46,002 nucleotides of DNA from a candidate division FCPU426 bacterium (GCA_030038835.1 JASHQZ010000153.1:1-46002), one strand, 5' to 3'. Counted from the first letter of the stretch, positions 35,281 through 44,629 are shown. The notes: generated by a model not told the origin, from the letters alone. A program made the numbers and translations.

Positions 35281-36519
35281 ATGTCGAAAGAGCGGTTGGG
35301 TAAAACATGGAAGGTTCTCGGCTTGGCGGCAGCGTTCCTGCCGCCGTTCACGGCCTGGGGGACGGATTTGACGGCGACGACGTCCGATCCCGCCCCTGCG
35401 GCGGCGCCGGGCATGCCGGGCTCCGACGAGCCCTTCTATGTGCTTTGCTACCACCGGTTCCTTCACCACCCGGATGAGGCCGAGGATTTGACCCAGGCCC
35501 AATACCAAATGCCCATTGAGGAGTTCCAATGGCAGATGCAGTACCTGAAGGGCAATGGATTTCATCCCATTTCCCAGGAACAACTGATGGCGTACTGGTT
35601 TCAAGGGAAACCCCTCCCCTTGAAACCGGTCCTCATCACCTTTGACGACGGTTTCCGCACGGTTTATACGGACGCTTATCCCGTCATAAAACCCTTAGGC
35701 TACCCCTCCATTTTTTTCCTTTATACCCACTTCGTCGAATATGGGGAATTAGCCCTTAAAAAAAAGAAGGAAATCAGTCAAAAGCATCAGGGGAAATTGT
35801 CAACGGAAGCCCTTACGGATGACGACATCTTTGAAATGGAGAAATCGGGCATGGTCGTGGAGTCCCATACCGCCAACCACCTTAACATGGGCATGGTCGG
35901 AGAAAAACTAGCCGCCGCTGCGGCCCAAAAACTGTGGACCTATGAGTTAAGCCAGCCGCTCACTTTCATCGAGTCCCGCTTTGGAAACAAACCGGACTGG
36001 CTGGCCTATCCTTACGGTGTTTACGACCCCGGCATTCTCAAGGCCGTCCGGGATTTAGGTTACAAGTTAGCTTTCACCGTCAACCCCGGCCCCAACGACA
36101 GGACGGTTCCGCCCTTGGTGCTCAAACGCAACCTGATCCTCTACCCCATCAGCCATGAGAGGTTCGCCGATATTTTCAAGGATAAGGTCCTGCACCTTAA
36201 AAATCTCTCGCCCGGGGACGGTGACCTGATTAACAGCCAGGAACCGGTTATTTCAGGTCAAATCCTGGATAACGTCGTGCCCAAGTCGGTCCAACTCCAG
36301 GTCGGCAGCCATATCCTGCAGTCCCAATATGACCCCCAAACGCATATTTTCCGCCATCCCGTGGGAGCGCCTTTGCCCCGGGGAGGGCATATCCTGACCG
36401 CACGGGCCATGGACAAGAACGGATGTACAAGGGTTTATAACTGGTATTTCCGCATTAAGCACCTGCCGGAGGGAAAGAATCCCAAGGAGGAGGGGACCAC
36501 GGATGCGGTTGAAAACTAA
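35281..36519 (+). CDS. Exported polysaccharide deacetylase (CE4/NodB) with a C-terminal Ig-like domain
   Basis: Signal peptide; VLCYHRF, ITFDDG, ESHTANH, AYPYG motifs; beta-rich tail (GGHILTARAMD). Confidence 0.92.
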   Translation: MSKERLGKTWKVLGLAAAFLPPFTAWGTDLTATTSDPAPAAAPGMPGSDEPFYVLCYHRFLHHPDEAEDLTQAQYQMPIEEFQWQMQYLKGNGFHPISQEQLMAYWFQGKPLPLKPVLITFDDGFRTVYTDAYPVIKPLGYPSIFFLYTHFVEYGELALKKKKEISQKHQGKLSTEALTDDDIFEMEKSGMVVESHTANHLNMGMVGEKLAAAAAQKLWTYELSQPLTFIESRFGNKPDWLAYPYGVYDPGILKAVRDLGYKLAFTVNPGPNDRTVPPLVLKRNLILYPISHERFADIFKDKVLHLKNLSPGDGDLINSQEPVISGQILDNVVPKSVQLQVGSHILQSQYDPQTHIFRHPVGAPLPRGGHILTARAMDKNGCTRVYNWYFRIKHLPEGKNPKEEGTTDAVEN

Positions 36520-37831
36520 GGCGCGCCTTGCCGCCTGGGCGGCCCTGCTCTTGGGGACTTTGGGAGTTCTTTCCCCCCTTGGGGCGGACGCGCCAGTGAC
36601 CCTCCTATACGCCAACCAGGCCGGTGCGGTTCCAGTGCCGATCCTTCATGACATAAGCGGCAAGGCCTACTTGCCACTCATGGATCTGGCCCGTTTTTAC
36701 GGGATCCAGGTTCAGTTCGATTCCCAGACCCGGAAGATGACACTGTCGAAGGATAAGGCCCAGGTCCAATTAATTCTTTCCCAGCCCTTCTTCGAGGTGA
36801 ACAATCCGCCAGGCTCCTACCCCCTGGAACCGGCCGAGATTGTCTCCGGCCAGTTGGCCGTTTCGCCGGAAGCGGCGGAAGACCTGATGGGCGCTTTGTT
36901 GAACCTGGACGTTCGTTATTTGGCGGACCAAAACCAATTGGTGGTGGGTTCGGTGAAGAAAGAGGAAATTCAGCAGGAAATCCAGGACCAGACCCAATCC
37001 CTTCCGAGCCCCCCGCCCACCCCCGAGGCCGCAGCGGATGGCGGAGGAGCCTCCGCGACGCCGACGGAGGAAGAAGAAAATGACGCCCAGGCCGAACCTT
37101 TGACAACGGCAAGGCCCGAGGAAGAGGCGCCGCCCGAGAAAGAGGATTACCACGTCCGGCGGATCATTATCGACCCCGGGCACGGCGGAAAGGACAGCGG
37201 GGCGAAAGGCATCGATGGACTGTACTGTGAAAAACAGGCTACCCTGGACATCGCCCAACGGGTCGCCGGGATATTAAGCCGGGACCCTCAATTGAAGGTT
37301 TACATGACCCGGACGGACGATTATTTTATCACGCTCAAATACCGCACCGAATTCGCCAACCTGCACCAAGGGGACGTTTTTGTCTCCATCCACTGCAATG
37401 CCAATCCCCACAGCAAGACGACAGGCACGGAAACCTATTTTTACAGCGCCAGACCTTCCAATAAACTGGCCGCCGTGGCGGCTGTGGATGAAAATGGGTT
37501 CAACAATGACTTGACGAATTTGTTCGCTGATCTCCACCAGCGTATTTTCAGCCGACGGAGCCAAAGCCTGGCCGAAGAGGTGGATCGACGCATCCGGGAC
37601 CGGCTCGACCAGCACATCCGGCGCATACAGCACGCCCCCTTTTATGTTCTTCGGCAAGTGGACATGCCCTCCATCTTGGTGGAGACGGCTTTTATCAGCA
37701 ACCCGAAGGAAGAAAGGAAGTTAGAAGATCCGCAGTGGCGACAAAAAATCGCCCAGTCCATCGCCGACGGCATCCTGTCCTTCCGCGATAAAGTGGAGAA
37801 AAAAGGTGAAAACCAAGAAGCTCGGCGCTGA
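36503..37831 (+). CDS. N-acetylmuramoyl-L-alanine amidase (Amidase_3), exported
   Basis: Signal peptide, N-terminal YLPLMDLARFYG domain, acidic/Pro linker, IDPGHGG, EK, SIHCNA, ILVETAFISN. Confidence 0.95.
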   Translation: MRLKTKARLAAWAALLLGTLGVLSPLGADAPVTLLYANQAGAVPVPILHDISGKAYLPLMDLARFYGIQVQFDSQTRKMTLSKDKAQVQLILSQPFFEVNNPPGSYPLEPAEIVSGQLAVSPEAAEDLMGALLNLDVRYLADQNQLVVGSVKKEEIQQEIQDQTQSLPSPPPTPEAAADGGGASATPTEEEENDAQAEPLTTARPEEEAPPEKEDYHVRRIIIDPGHGGKDSGAKGIDGLYCEKQATLDIAQRVAGILSRDPQLKVYMTRTDDYFITLKYRTEFANLHQGDVFVSIHCNANPHSKTTGTETYFYSARPSNKLAAVAAVDENGFNNDLTNLFADLHQRIFSRRSQSLAEEVDRRIRDRLDQHIRRIQHAPFYVLRQVDMPSILVETAFISNPKEERKLEDPQWRQKIAQSIADGILSFRDKVEKKGENQEARR

Positions 37832-38642
37832 GGCGCTTCAACAGCAACAGGGCGGCATCGTTGTGCTTTCGTTTCCCCGACTGGCCGACCCCAAGGTCTT
37901 AAAGCACGCGGTTTCAACGCGCTTGGGTGGCGTAAGCCAGGGTACCTATCGGTCGCTCAACCTCAGCGCGAAGGTCCAGGACGACCTCGTCCGCGTGAAG
38001 GAGAATTGGACGCTCTTATCCCGCGCGGCAGGTATGGACTTGGAGACGCCGGTTTACGTGGACCAGGTCCACGGCGACCGCGTGATCAAGCTGGATGCCG
38101 CCAACCGCTCGCCCAGCGGGGGCTCCTTGGGTGAAGGCGACGCGATCATCACCAATGAAAAAGGCGTCCCGATCATGCTGTTGGTGGCCGACTGCCTTCC
38201 TGTATTTTTTTATGATCCGACCCACCAGGCCGTCGGCTTGGCCCACGCGGGCTGGAAGGGCACGGTGGGCCATGTGGCCGCCAAGGCGCTTTTGGCCATG
38301 GGGGAAGCCTATGGCACCCGGCCCGAGGAAGTGAGGGTGGCCCTGGGCCCCTGCATCGGCCTGTGTTGTTATGAGGTGGGAGTGGAAGTTTACCGGGAAT
38401 TTGCTGAGGTTTTTCCCTGGGCGGGAGAGGTTTTTCAAAGCTCATCCCCTAGCCATTGGAAACTGGACCTGGCGGAAGCCAACGCCCGGCAATTGATGGA
38501 AATAGGCCTAAAAGAAGGAAATTTAATAAGGTCGGACTTGTGTACCGTTCGGCACCACGACCTTTTCTATTCCCATAGGGCGGAAGCGGCTGGAGAGAAA
38601 AAAACGGGACGTTTTGGCGCTTTTATTATGTTAAACAGTTAA
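37806..38642 (+). CDS. pgeF: Peptidoglycan editing factor PgeF (YfiH/YlmD family)
   Basis: STRLGGVS, SLNL, QVHG, ADCLP, AHAGWKG, GPCIGLCCYEVG, FYSHR. Confidence 0.95.
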   Translation: MKTKKLGAEALQQQQGGIVVLSFPRLADPKVLKHAVSTRLGGVSQGTYRSLNLSAKVQDDLVRVKENWTLLSRAAGMDLETPVYVDQVHGDRVIKLDAANRSPSGGSLGEGDAIITNEKGVPIMLLVADCLPVFFYDPTHQAVGLAHAGWKGTVGHVAAKALLAMGEAYGTRPEEVRVALGPCIGLCCYEVGVEVYREFAEVFPWAGEVFQSSSPSHWKLDLAEANARQLMEIGLKEGNLIRSDLCTVRHHDLFYSHRAEAAGEKKTGRFGAFIMLNS

Positions 38643-38677
38643 CTTGTGGTAATATTACTAAGTTCGAAAGAGGTGCC

Positions 38678-39373
38678 ATGGTGAGAAAATTAATGAACCG
38701 GTTGGTTCCAATCTTGTTGGCGGGCTTGTTCACAAACCGGGTTTTGGCTCAGGCGCTGGAACTCCCCAAAAGCGCCAATGATTATTATCAATCCGCCCTT
38801 CAATCCTACCTGACAGGCGACTTCGACCAAGCCATCCTTTGGGATTCCAAGGCCCTTCAAATTGATCCCCAGGACAAAAAGGCCGGAGAACTCCTAAGCC
38901 TACTGGTTTCCGAAAAAGACATGGCCAATAAGACCGTTATCTGGATCGGAGGCAAGCCTACCGTTGTTGAGCAGGGGACCGCCAACGCCGCCCCCCAAGC
39001 ACCCGTGACCTTATTCAAGGAAAGAATGGTCCGCTCCCCCTCCACCGACGACCGAAAGCTGGCGGAGCTGGAAACCCGCGTCCAAACCGTTGCGTTCCTC
39101 ATGGAAAGGGACTCTTTCAGCCAATACCGCGAGCTGAGCAGCGCTCAAGCCCAAACCACCAAACGGTTGGACGATATTTCTTACGACCTGAAGGACCTGG
39201 GACTGGGCATGAAAGTTTCCGACATCTTCTTTGTGCTGGCCTTGGCCGTGGCCTGCCTGGCTTTATGGAAAAGCTGGAGGAACGGCTTGGAAATCCAAAA
39301 ACGTACCCAGGATTTCAACCCATCCGCCCAAACCGAAGAACGGAGCAGGGTGGTCAATATCCGCCGGATGTAA
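38678..39373 (+). CDS. Hypothetical exported protein with a TPR-like motif and a C-terminal TM anchor
   Basis: Signal peptide ending VLA; YYQSALQSYLTGDFDQAI...KALQIDPQDKKA; coiled-coil segment; TM IFFVLALAVACLALW. Confidence 0.75.
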   Translation: MVRKLMNRLVPILLAGLFTNRVLAQALELPKSANDYYQSALQSYLTGDFDQAILWDSKALQIDPQDKKAGELLSLLVSEKDMANKTVIWIGGKPTVVEQGTANAAPQAPVTLFKERMVRSPSTDDRKLAELETRVQTVAFLMERDSFSQYRELSSAQAQTTKRLDDISYDLKDLGLGMKVSDIFFVLALAVACLALWKSWRNGLEIQKRTQDFNPSAQTEERSRVVNIRRM

Positions 39374-39388
39374 TTTTTACTGAACCCA

Positions 39389-39574
39389 ATGGCAAACTGG
39401 ATCAGGGAAATTTTAGTGCGCCTTTACCTCTTGGATCGGCCCATTGCCCCAAGGGGAAGGGAGGACCGTCGCAAGGAGGAACGGCGGTGGAGCGGCCCTG
39501 AGGGGGACATGCCCCGGCTCCGCAAAGATCCCCGACGGAAGGGAAACCGGAGGAAAAGGAACCGCAGGAGTTAG
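39389..39574 (+). CDS. Small Arg-rich protein (61 aa) with repeated xRR-x3-RR motifs
   Basis: DRRKEERR, PRRKGNRRKRNRR; starts 15 nt after the upstream stop; no clear SD. Confidence 0.55.
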   Translation: MANWIREILVRLYLLDRPIAPRGREDRRKEERRWSGPEGDMPRLRKDPRRKGNRRKRNRRS

Positions 39575-39687
39575 GTTTTAAAGAAGTGGCGTTGAAATTC
39601 CCGGGGTTGCCTGGGGCCCTGCCCGAGGACCACCGCAACCTTCCCAAACGAGCTCTGAGTCGCATTCAATGAACGAAGCCGGATGAC

Positions 39688-40041
39688 ATGGCCTCACCCG
39701 CCCGCTATGATTCCCCCGTGAAATCCGACCGGCCCATCCCATTATCCATTCTCTGTATCCTCGGCTTTTTAGGTTGTCTCCTGGGAATGTTCGTGGTTTA
39801 TTCTCCTTCGGTTCAAAAAGCTGGAATGACTTACGCCCTTTTCCGTTCCTTGGGGTTCACTTTCCTGATTGTTTGTTTCTTTGGACTTTGGTCCATGCGG
39901 CGCTGGTCGCTTTGGGCCCTCGGCTCCTATTTTTTGGTGAACCAGGCGGTCTGTTGGGCCTTCAGCACCTGGGACAAGGGAACCCTGGGACCGTTGTTGG
40001 TAATGGCTGTCGGCTTGATTTACTACCGGAGAATGCGGTGA
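39688..40041 (+). CDS. Hypothetical membrane protein (about 4 TM)
   Basis: RPIPLSILCILG...FFGLWSMRRWS; stop lies 1 nt before the next ATG. Confidence 0.75.
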   Translation: MASPARYDSPVKSDRPIPLSILCILGFLGCLLGMFVVYSPSVQKAGMTYALFRSLGFTFLIVCFFGLWSMRRWSLWALGSYFLVNQAVCWAFSTWDKGTLGPLLVMAVGLIYYRRMR

Positions 40042-40042
40042 C

Positions 40043-40990
40043 ATGGTTGAAGGCCTTTTGCCCCTGCCCGACCCTTTTTCCCTGGGACTGACCTTCCTGT
40101 GCGGGCAATGCTTCCGTTGGGAAAGGTCCGATGCCCAGGCTTGGTTCCAAGGCGTGGCTGGCGGTGTCTACTGGAGGGTTCGGCAGGAAGGGAAAAAACT
40201 TTATTGGGAATGCAGCGCGGAGTCGGCCCGCGGAAAGCCGGCCTCCGATTGGCTGGCCGATTACTTGAGCCTGGACGATGACATTGGGGATTGGGGCCGG
40301 ACAGCGGAAAGCCATAAAGTTTTGAGCCGCCCGGCGCGGCTGCTCAAGGGCCTGCGGCTGCTTCGGCAAGACCCCTGGGAATGCGCGGTTTCCTATATGT
40401 TCGCCCAAGGGCTTTCGGTGGTAGTGATTCGCCAAGCCATTTACAAATTCTGTAAGAAATATGGCCGACCGGTCCAGGGGGCGCCAGGGCAGCACAACTT
40501 CCCCGAACCCAAGGATTTGATCCATCTTTCGGCCGATTTTTTGAAGCCCTTCACCAATAACTACCGGGCTAGGGCGGACCGGATCATCCGCATGGCCCGG
40601 GCAGTGGAAGCCCAAGTGATTGTTTTGGACCATTTAAGGGGCATTTCTTGCGACGAGGCCAGGGAAGCCCTCATGGCATTGGATGGAATAGGCCCCAAAA
40701 TCGCGGATTGCATCCTGCTTTTTTCCTTAGGCCATGCCTCGGCTTTTCCCGTGGACCGCTGGGTTTTAAGGGCCATGAAGCGGCACTTCCGTTCCATCCA
40801 TCTTTTGAGGCCCGGGGAGGAGGCCCCCACCCCCGCCCAATACCCAAAAATCGTCCAAAGGGCCCGAAAGGCCTTTGGGGACCGCTGCGGTTTGGCCAGC
40901 GAGTACCTTTTTTTATACCTTCGGCTGTTGGAGGATGAAAAGCTGAAAAAAGAGCTATTCCCATATTGCCAAACTCTTGACCGTTTTTGA
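40043..40990 (+). CDS. 8-oxoguanine DNA glycosylase/AP lyase (OGG1-like, HhH-GPD)
   Basis: TFLCGQCFRW, GLRLLRQDPWE, HhH LDGIGPKIADC with catalytic Lys, AFPVD. Confidence 0.92.
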   Translation: MVEGLLPLPDPFSLGLTFLCGQCFRWERSDAQAWFQGVAGGVYWRVRQEGKKLYWECSAESARGKPASDWLADYLSLDDDIGDWGRTAESHKVLSRPARLLKGLRLLRQDPWECAVSYMFAQGLSVVVIRQAIYKFCKKYGRPVQGAPGQHNFPEPKDLIHLSADFLKPFTNNYRARADRIIRMARAVEAQVIVLDHLRGISCDEAREALMALDGIGPKIADCILLFSLGHASAFPVDRWVLRAMKRHFRSIHLLRPGEEAPTPAQYPKIVQRARKAFGDRCGLASEYLFLYLRLLEDEKLKKELFPYCQTLDRF

Positions 40991-41143
40991 CTTGCACCCC
41001 TTGCAGGACAAGGGGCCGTGTTAAAATCGGCCTTCTTTGCCTTGAAAGGCTTTATAAAAAGTCGCAGTAAAAATATAATATTGGCCTTGGGGAAACGTTG
41101 GTGGGCGGCCATTTCGCCCTAGAATTCAAACACTGGATAAAGC

Positions 41144-42556
41144 GTGAAACCTCTCATTTTAATCGTCGACGATGAAGAAAGCGTCCGCGAATCCTTCCGC
41201 CTGGCGCTCCAGGACGAGTACGACTTGGCCTTCGCGGAGGACGTCAAGGCCGCCCTCCAGATCTTAAAAAGCCAAAATTTTGACCTTTGCCTCCTGGACA
41301 TCATGCTCCCGGACGGTTCGGGCATTGACCTCTTGCGGCAGATCAAGCGCAGGGACGAATCGCTGGACGTCATCATGGTAACCGCCCTCACGGGTGTGGA
41401 CACGGCCTTGGACGCCATGAAATTGGGGGCCTACGATTACATCACCAAACCCTATAAGATTGAGGAATTGTACGAGCTGATCAAGCGGGTCCTAGAGAAA
41501 AGGGCCTTGGAGAAGGAAAATCGTTTTTTGAGGGAGGAACTCAGCGCCAAGAAACCCGTCTGCCTGATGGGCTCCAGCAAAGCCGTCCAAGAACTGGCGA
41601 AAAAAATATCCGGGATCGCCAAGGCCGATTTGCCGGTTCTTCTCCAAGGCGAAATGGGAAGCGGCGTCGAGGAAGTGGCCCGCGAACTGCATACCCAAAG
41701 CTTGAGGCACCGCGGCCCTTTCATTACCGTTCCCTGCGCGTCCTTTTCCAAGGCCCAGTTGGAGAAAGAACTTTTCGGCGAGGAAGGCGACGAAGCCAAG
41801 AACAAGTCCCACCAGATCGGCAAGTTGGAGTTCGCCGACGGGGGAACCCTGTTTTTGGACCAAGTGGACCGCCTGCCGGTCGAGACCCAGGATAAATTAG
41901 TGAAAGTTTTCCTGGATCGGAAGTTTTCCCGGCTTGGAAGCCAGGCTACCTTACCATTGGACATCCGCGTCATCGCCTCTACCGATTCGGACCTCGAGCT
42001 GAACCTAAACCGGGGAACTTTCCGGAGGGATTTGCAACAATTTTTGAACTCTTTTTCCCTTGCCCTTCCGCCCCTCCGGGAGCGCCGCGAGGATATCCCG
42101 CCCCTGGTGGATTATTTCCTGAAATTGGCCAACCAAAAGGCCAAGACGCCCGTTAAGACCCTCCAAAAGGAAGCTCTCCAGTTTTTAACCCAATACGGCT
42201 GGCCGGGAAACCTAAGGGAGTTGGAGAATAACATTGAAATGATGGTTTTGTTCGCCGGCAAGGAAACGCTGACCTTGGAGGACATCCCCCTCGACATCCT
42301 GGTTAAGCAGATCGATTTGGCGAAGACCAAGGAAGAAGCAAAACTTTCGCTTAAGCGGGTCCGCCGCCAGTTCGAGCGGCAGTACATTCGGAAGGTGCTG
42401 GAACGCACGCGGGGCAACCAAACCCGCACCGCCGCCACCTTAGGGCTCCACCGCAATACCCTGATTTGGAAGCTGAAGGAACTCAACCTCGAGGAAGATT
42501 ACAAACGGATCGTCAAGAAGCGGCGGGAGCGCGGCGTGGGCTTCCGCAATTTATAG
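41144..42556 (+). CDS. NtrC-family response regulator (REC-AAA-Fis HTH) with a degenerate AAA domain
   Basis: REC VDDE/LLDI/VTA/TKP; GGTLFLDQV, PPLRERREDI, WPGNLREL; HTH GNQTRTAATLGLHRNTL. Confidence 0.92.
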   Translation: MKPLILIVDDEESVRESFRLALQDEYDLAFAEDVKAALQILKSQNFDLCLLDIMLPDGSGIDLLRQIKRRDESLDVIMVTALTGVDTALDAMKLGAYDYITKPYKIEELYELIKRVLEKRALEKENRFLREELSAKKPVCLMGSSKAVQELAKKISGIAKADLPVLLQGEMGSGVEEVARELHTQSLRHRGPFITVPCASFSKAQLEKELFGEEGDEAKNKSHQIGKLEFADGGTLFLDQVDRLPVETQDKLVKVFLDRKFSRLGSQATLPLDIRVIASTDSDLELNLNRGTFRRDLQQFLNSFSLALPPLRERREDIPPLVDYFLKLANQKAKTPVKTLQKEALQFLTQYGWPGNLRELENNIEMMVLFAGKETLTLEDIPLDILVKQIDLAKTKEEAKLSLKRVRRQFERQYIRKVLERTRGNQTRTAATLGLHRNTLIWKLKELNLEEDYKRIVKKRRERGVGFRNL

Positions 42557-42604
42557 ACCCCGGTTTTCCCCAGGGGGCATTTTGAAAATCTATTTGAGGT
42601 TCTT

Positions 42605-43738
42605 TTGAATTGGCTTTCCCTTCTCCAATCGTTGCACCGCCGGTTTCCCCGGAGTAACGATCCTCCAACCCGGTTTTCAATTGTTGAAAAATGGCTGCAA
42701 AAAAACCTCCGTTTTCGGAAAGCGGTCTTGTGGGGCCTCCAAAACGGTGTTTTTGAACCCCTTGTTTCCCCTCCTCAAACGGTTCGTCTCAGGGAAAGCC
42801 CTGAATTTCGGCGCTTGGTTTCCGGACGTCCGTGGATCGCCCCCCGAAGGGACCGGAAGAGGAAGTGGCAGGTTTATTGGCCTGTTTCCTCCGACGGCCA
42901 AGTGATCGCTTGCTGGGTCTTAGGGCCCCGGCCCACCCCGGCCGCTTTGACCGGGGATGAAAAACAATTCCTGGAACTGCTGGCCGATTGGACCTCCTTA
43001 TGGCTGGAGAAAAGACGGCTTTGGGCCAAATTGGAAAGTTCCGACCGGCAAGCCACCCTCGGATGGGTGTCGGCCGCAATGGCGCATGAGATCCGGAACC
43101 CTTTGTCCGCCCTGAACACCTTGGTGCAGCTCCTCCCGCAAAAAGGGGACGACCCTCAATTCAGGGAATCATTTCAAATAACCGTGGTAAAGGAAATCGG
43201 CCGCCTCATCCGATTGACCGATGATGTGCTGGGCTTTTTGAGGGTTGATCCGCAAGAAATGCGGAAATTGGATTTCAAGGATTTGGCCGACCATACCACC
43301 CGCTTGGTCCGTCCTTTGTTTGCTTCCAAGAAAGTCGAATTGGCGGTTGAGATTGAAAATCCCCTTTTTCTTACCGGTAACGAAGGACAATTGGAGTGTT
43401 TTATCCTTAATTTGCTTCAAAACGCCCTCAACGCCGTTGGGGAGGGTGGGAAAGTGGAAATATCGGCTAAGTCCAGGTCGGCTTCGGCCAAAGGAAAGGC
43501 TTCAATCCTCTTGATGGTAAAGGATAATGGAAAGGGAATTCCCAAGGAGGAATTACCCTTTATTTTCAGGTCCTTTTATTCCTCCACCCAAGGGGGAAGC
43601 GGGTTAGGCCTAGCCATTTGTGAGAAAATCGTTATGAATCACGGCGGCCGCATGGAAGTGAAAAGCGTCTACGGCAAAGGCAGCATTTTTTCAGCGTATT
43701 TTCCAGCTTTGCCGCGTCACCTCAACGCCTTGGATTAG
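42605..43738 (+). CDS. Soluble sensor histidine kinase
   Basis: H-box AHEIRNPL, N-box NLLQNA, G1 DNGKGI, G2 GSGLGL; GAF-like remnant at the N-terminus; no TM; start uncertain. Confidence 0.9.
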   Translation: MNWLSLLQSLHRRFPRSNDPPTRFSIVEKWLQKNLRFRKAVLWGLQNGVFEPLVSPPQTVRLRESPEFRRLVSGRPWIAPRRDRKRKWQVYWPVSSDGQVIACWVLGPRPTPAALTGDEKQFLELLADWTSLWLEKRRLWAKLESSDRQATLGWVSAAMAHEIRNPLSALNTLVQLLPQKGDDPQFRESFQITVVKEIGRLIRLTDDVLGFLRVDPQEMRKLDFKDLADHTTRLVRPLFASKKVELAVEIENPLFLTGNEGQLECFILNLLQNALNAVGEGGKVEISAKSRSASAKGKASILLMVKDNGKGIPKEELPFIFRSFYSSTQGGSGLGLAICEKIVMNHGGRMEVKSVYGKGSIFSAYFPALPRHLNALD

Positions 43739-43899
43739 GTTCAGCGATCATATTCTCCTTTCGCGATGATTGCGGGAATCCCCACTTCCCGCCGGGCGGA
43801 GGATGAAAGAACCAGCCGAGTCTGGCTATAAAAAAACCTTTTTCGGCCATTTTCTGCTAAATTAGACCCGTTTGGATAGGAAAAGCTGTGGGGGTTTGC

Positions 43900-44484
43900 A
43901 TGGGTAAAAGCACCTTGCGGATTTTAATCTTGGAAGATGACGCCTATTTCCGAAACCTCCTTCAAAAAGTTTGTGGCGAGATAGGGGAAAGTTTTGCGGT
44001 GGCGGATCCCCAGTCGGCCCTGAATCTACTGGCAAAACACCCCTTCCATCTTTTATTGGTGGATTGGCACCTCAACAAATCGGATTTGTCCTCATTTTAT
44101 TCCGCGATCGAAAATTTCCATCCCAACGTGCCTTGGGTGGCTTTATTCACGGTTCCAAACCTGGCGTCGGTGATATCCGCGATGAAGTCCGGCGCTGCCG
44201 ATATTCTTTGGGCCACCCAAGAGACGGGAGTTCTGAAAGAAAAAATAAAAGGTTCCCTTCAAAAACCCAGGGCCCCCATTTACGCTCATTCCCTTGTATC
44301 CCGCCTGACCGAATCCCTGACGGAAAGGGCCGTATCCCAGAAAATTCCCCTTTTTCAAGCCCGCCGTGAATTTTCCAAGACATTCCTTCGACAAATTTTG
44401 AGCCAGCAAAAACTAAGGCGGACCCAATTGGCGGTTTTATTAGGCGTCAGTCCCAGGACATTGCACCGATATTTGTCGGCTTAA
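43900..44484 (+). CDS. Response regulator, REC plus Fis-type HTH, no AAA domain
   Basis: ILEDD, LLVDW, AMKSGAAD; C-terminal RTQLAVLLGVSPRTLHRYL. Confidence 0.85.
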   Translation: MGKSTLRILILEDDAYFRNLLQKVCGEIGESFAVADPQSALNLLAKHPFHLLLVDWHLNKSDLSSFYSAIENFHPNVPWVALFTVPNLASVISAMKSGAADILWATQETGVLKEKIKGSLQKPRAPIYAHSLVSRLTESLTERAVSQKIPLFQARREFSKTFLRQILSQQKLRRTQLAVLLGVSPRTLHRYLSA

Positions 44485-44629
44485 GAGAGCCTGCGGCCGC
44501 GGATTTTTCCGAATAGGCCAAAGGGCGAGACAAAGGCCTTAAAAACCCTTTAAAAACACAGAAAATCCTTGCCAAGGGCCTTTTGCTTTAGTATAAATTA
44601 GGCGGATTTTGAAATCCAGGAGGTGGACG

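Noticed and set aside
43820-43862. sigma54 promoter upstream of the REC-Fis gene
   Set aside because: GG-to-GC spacing is 9 rather than 10 nt, and the nearby TGGC lacks a -12 element.
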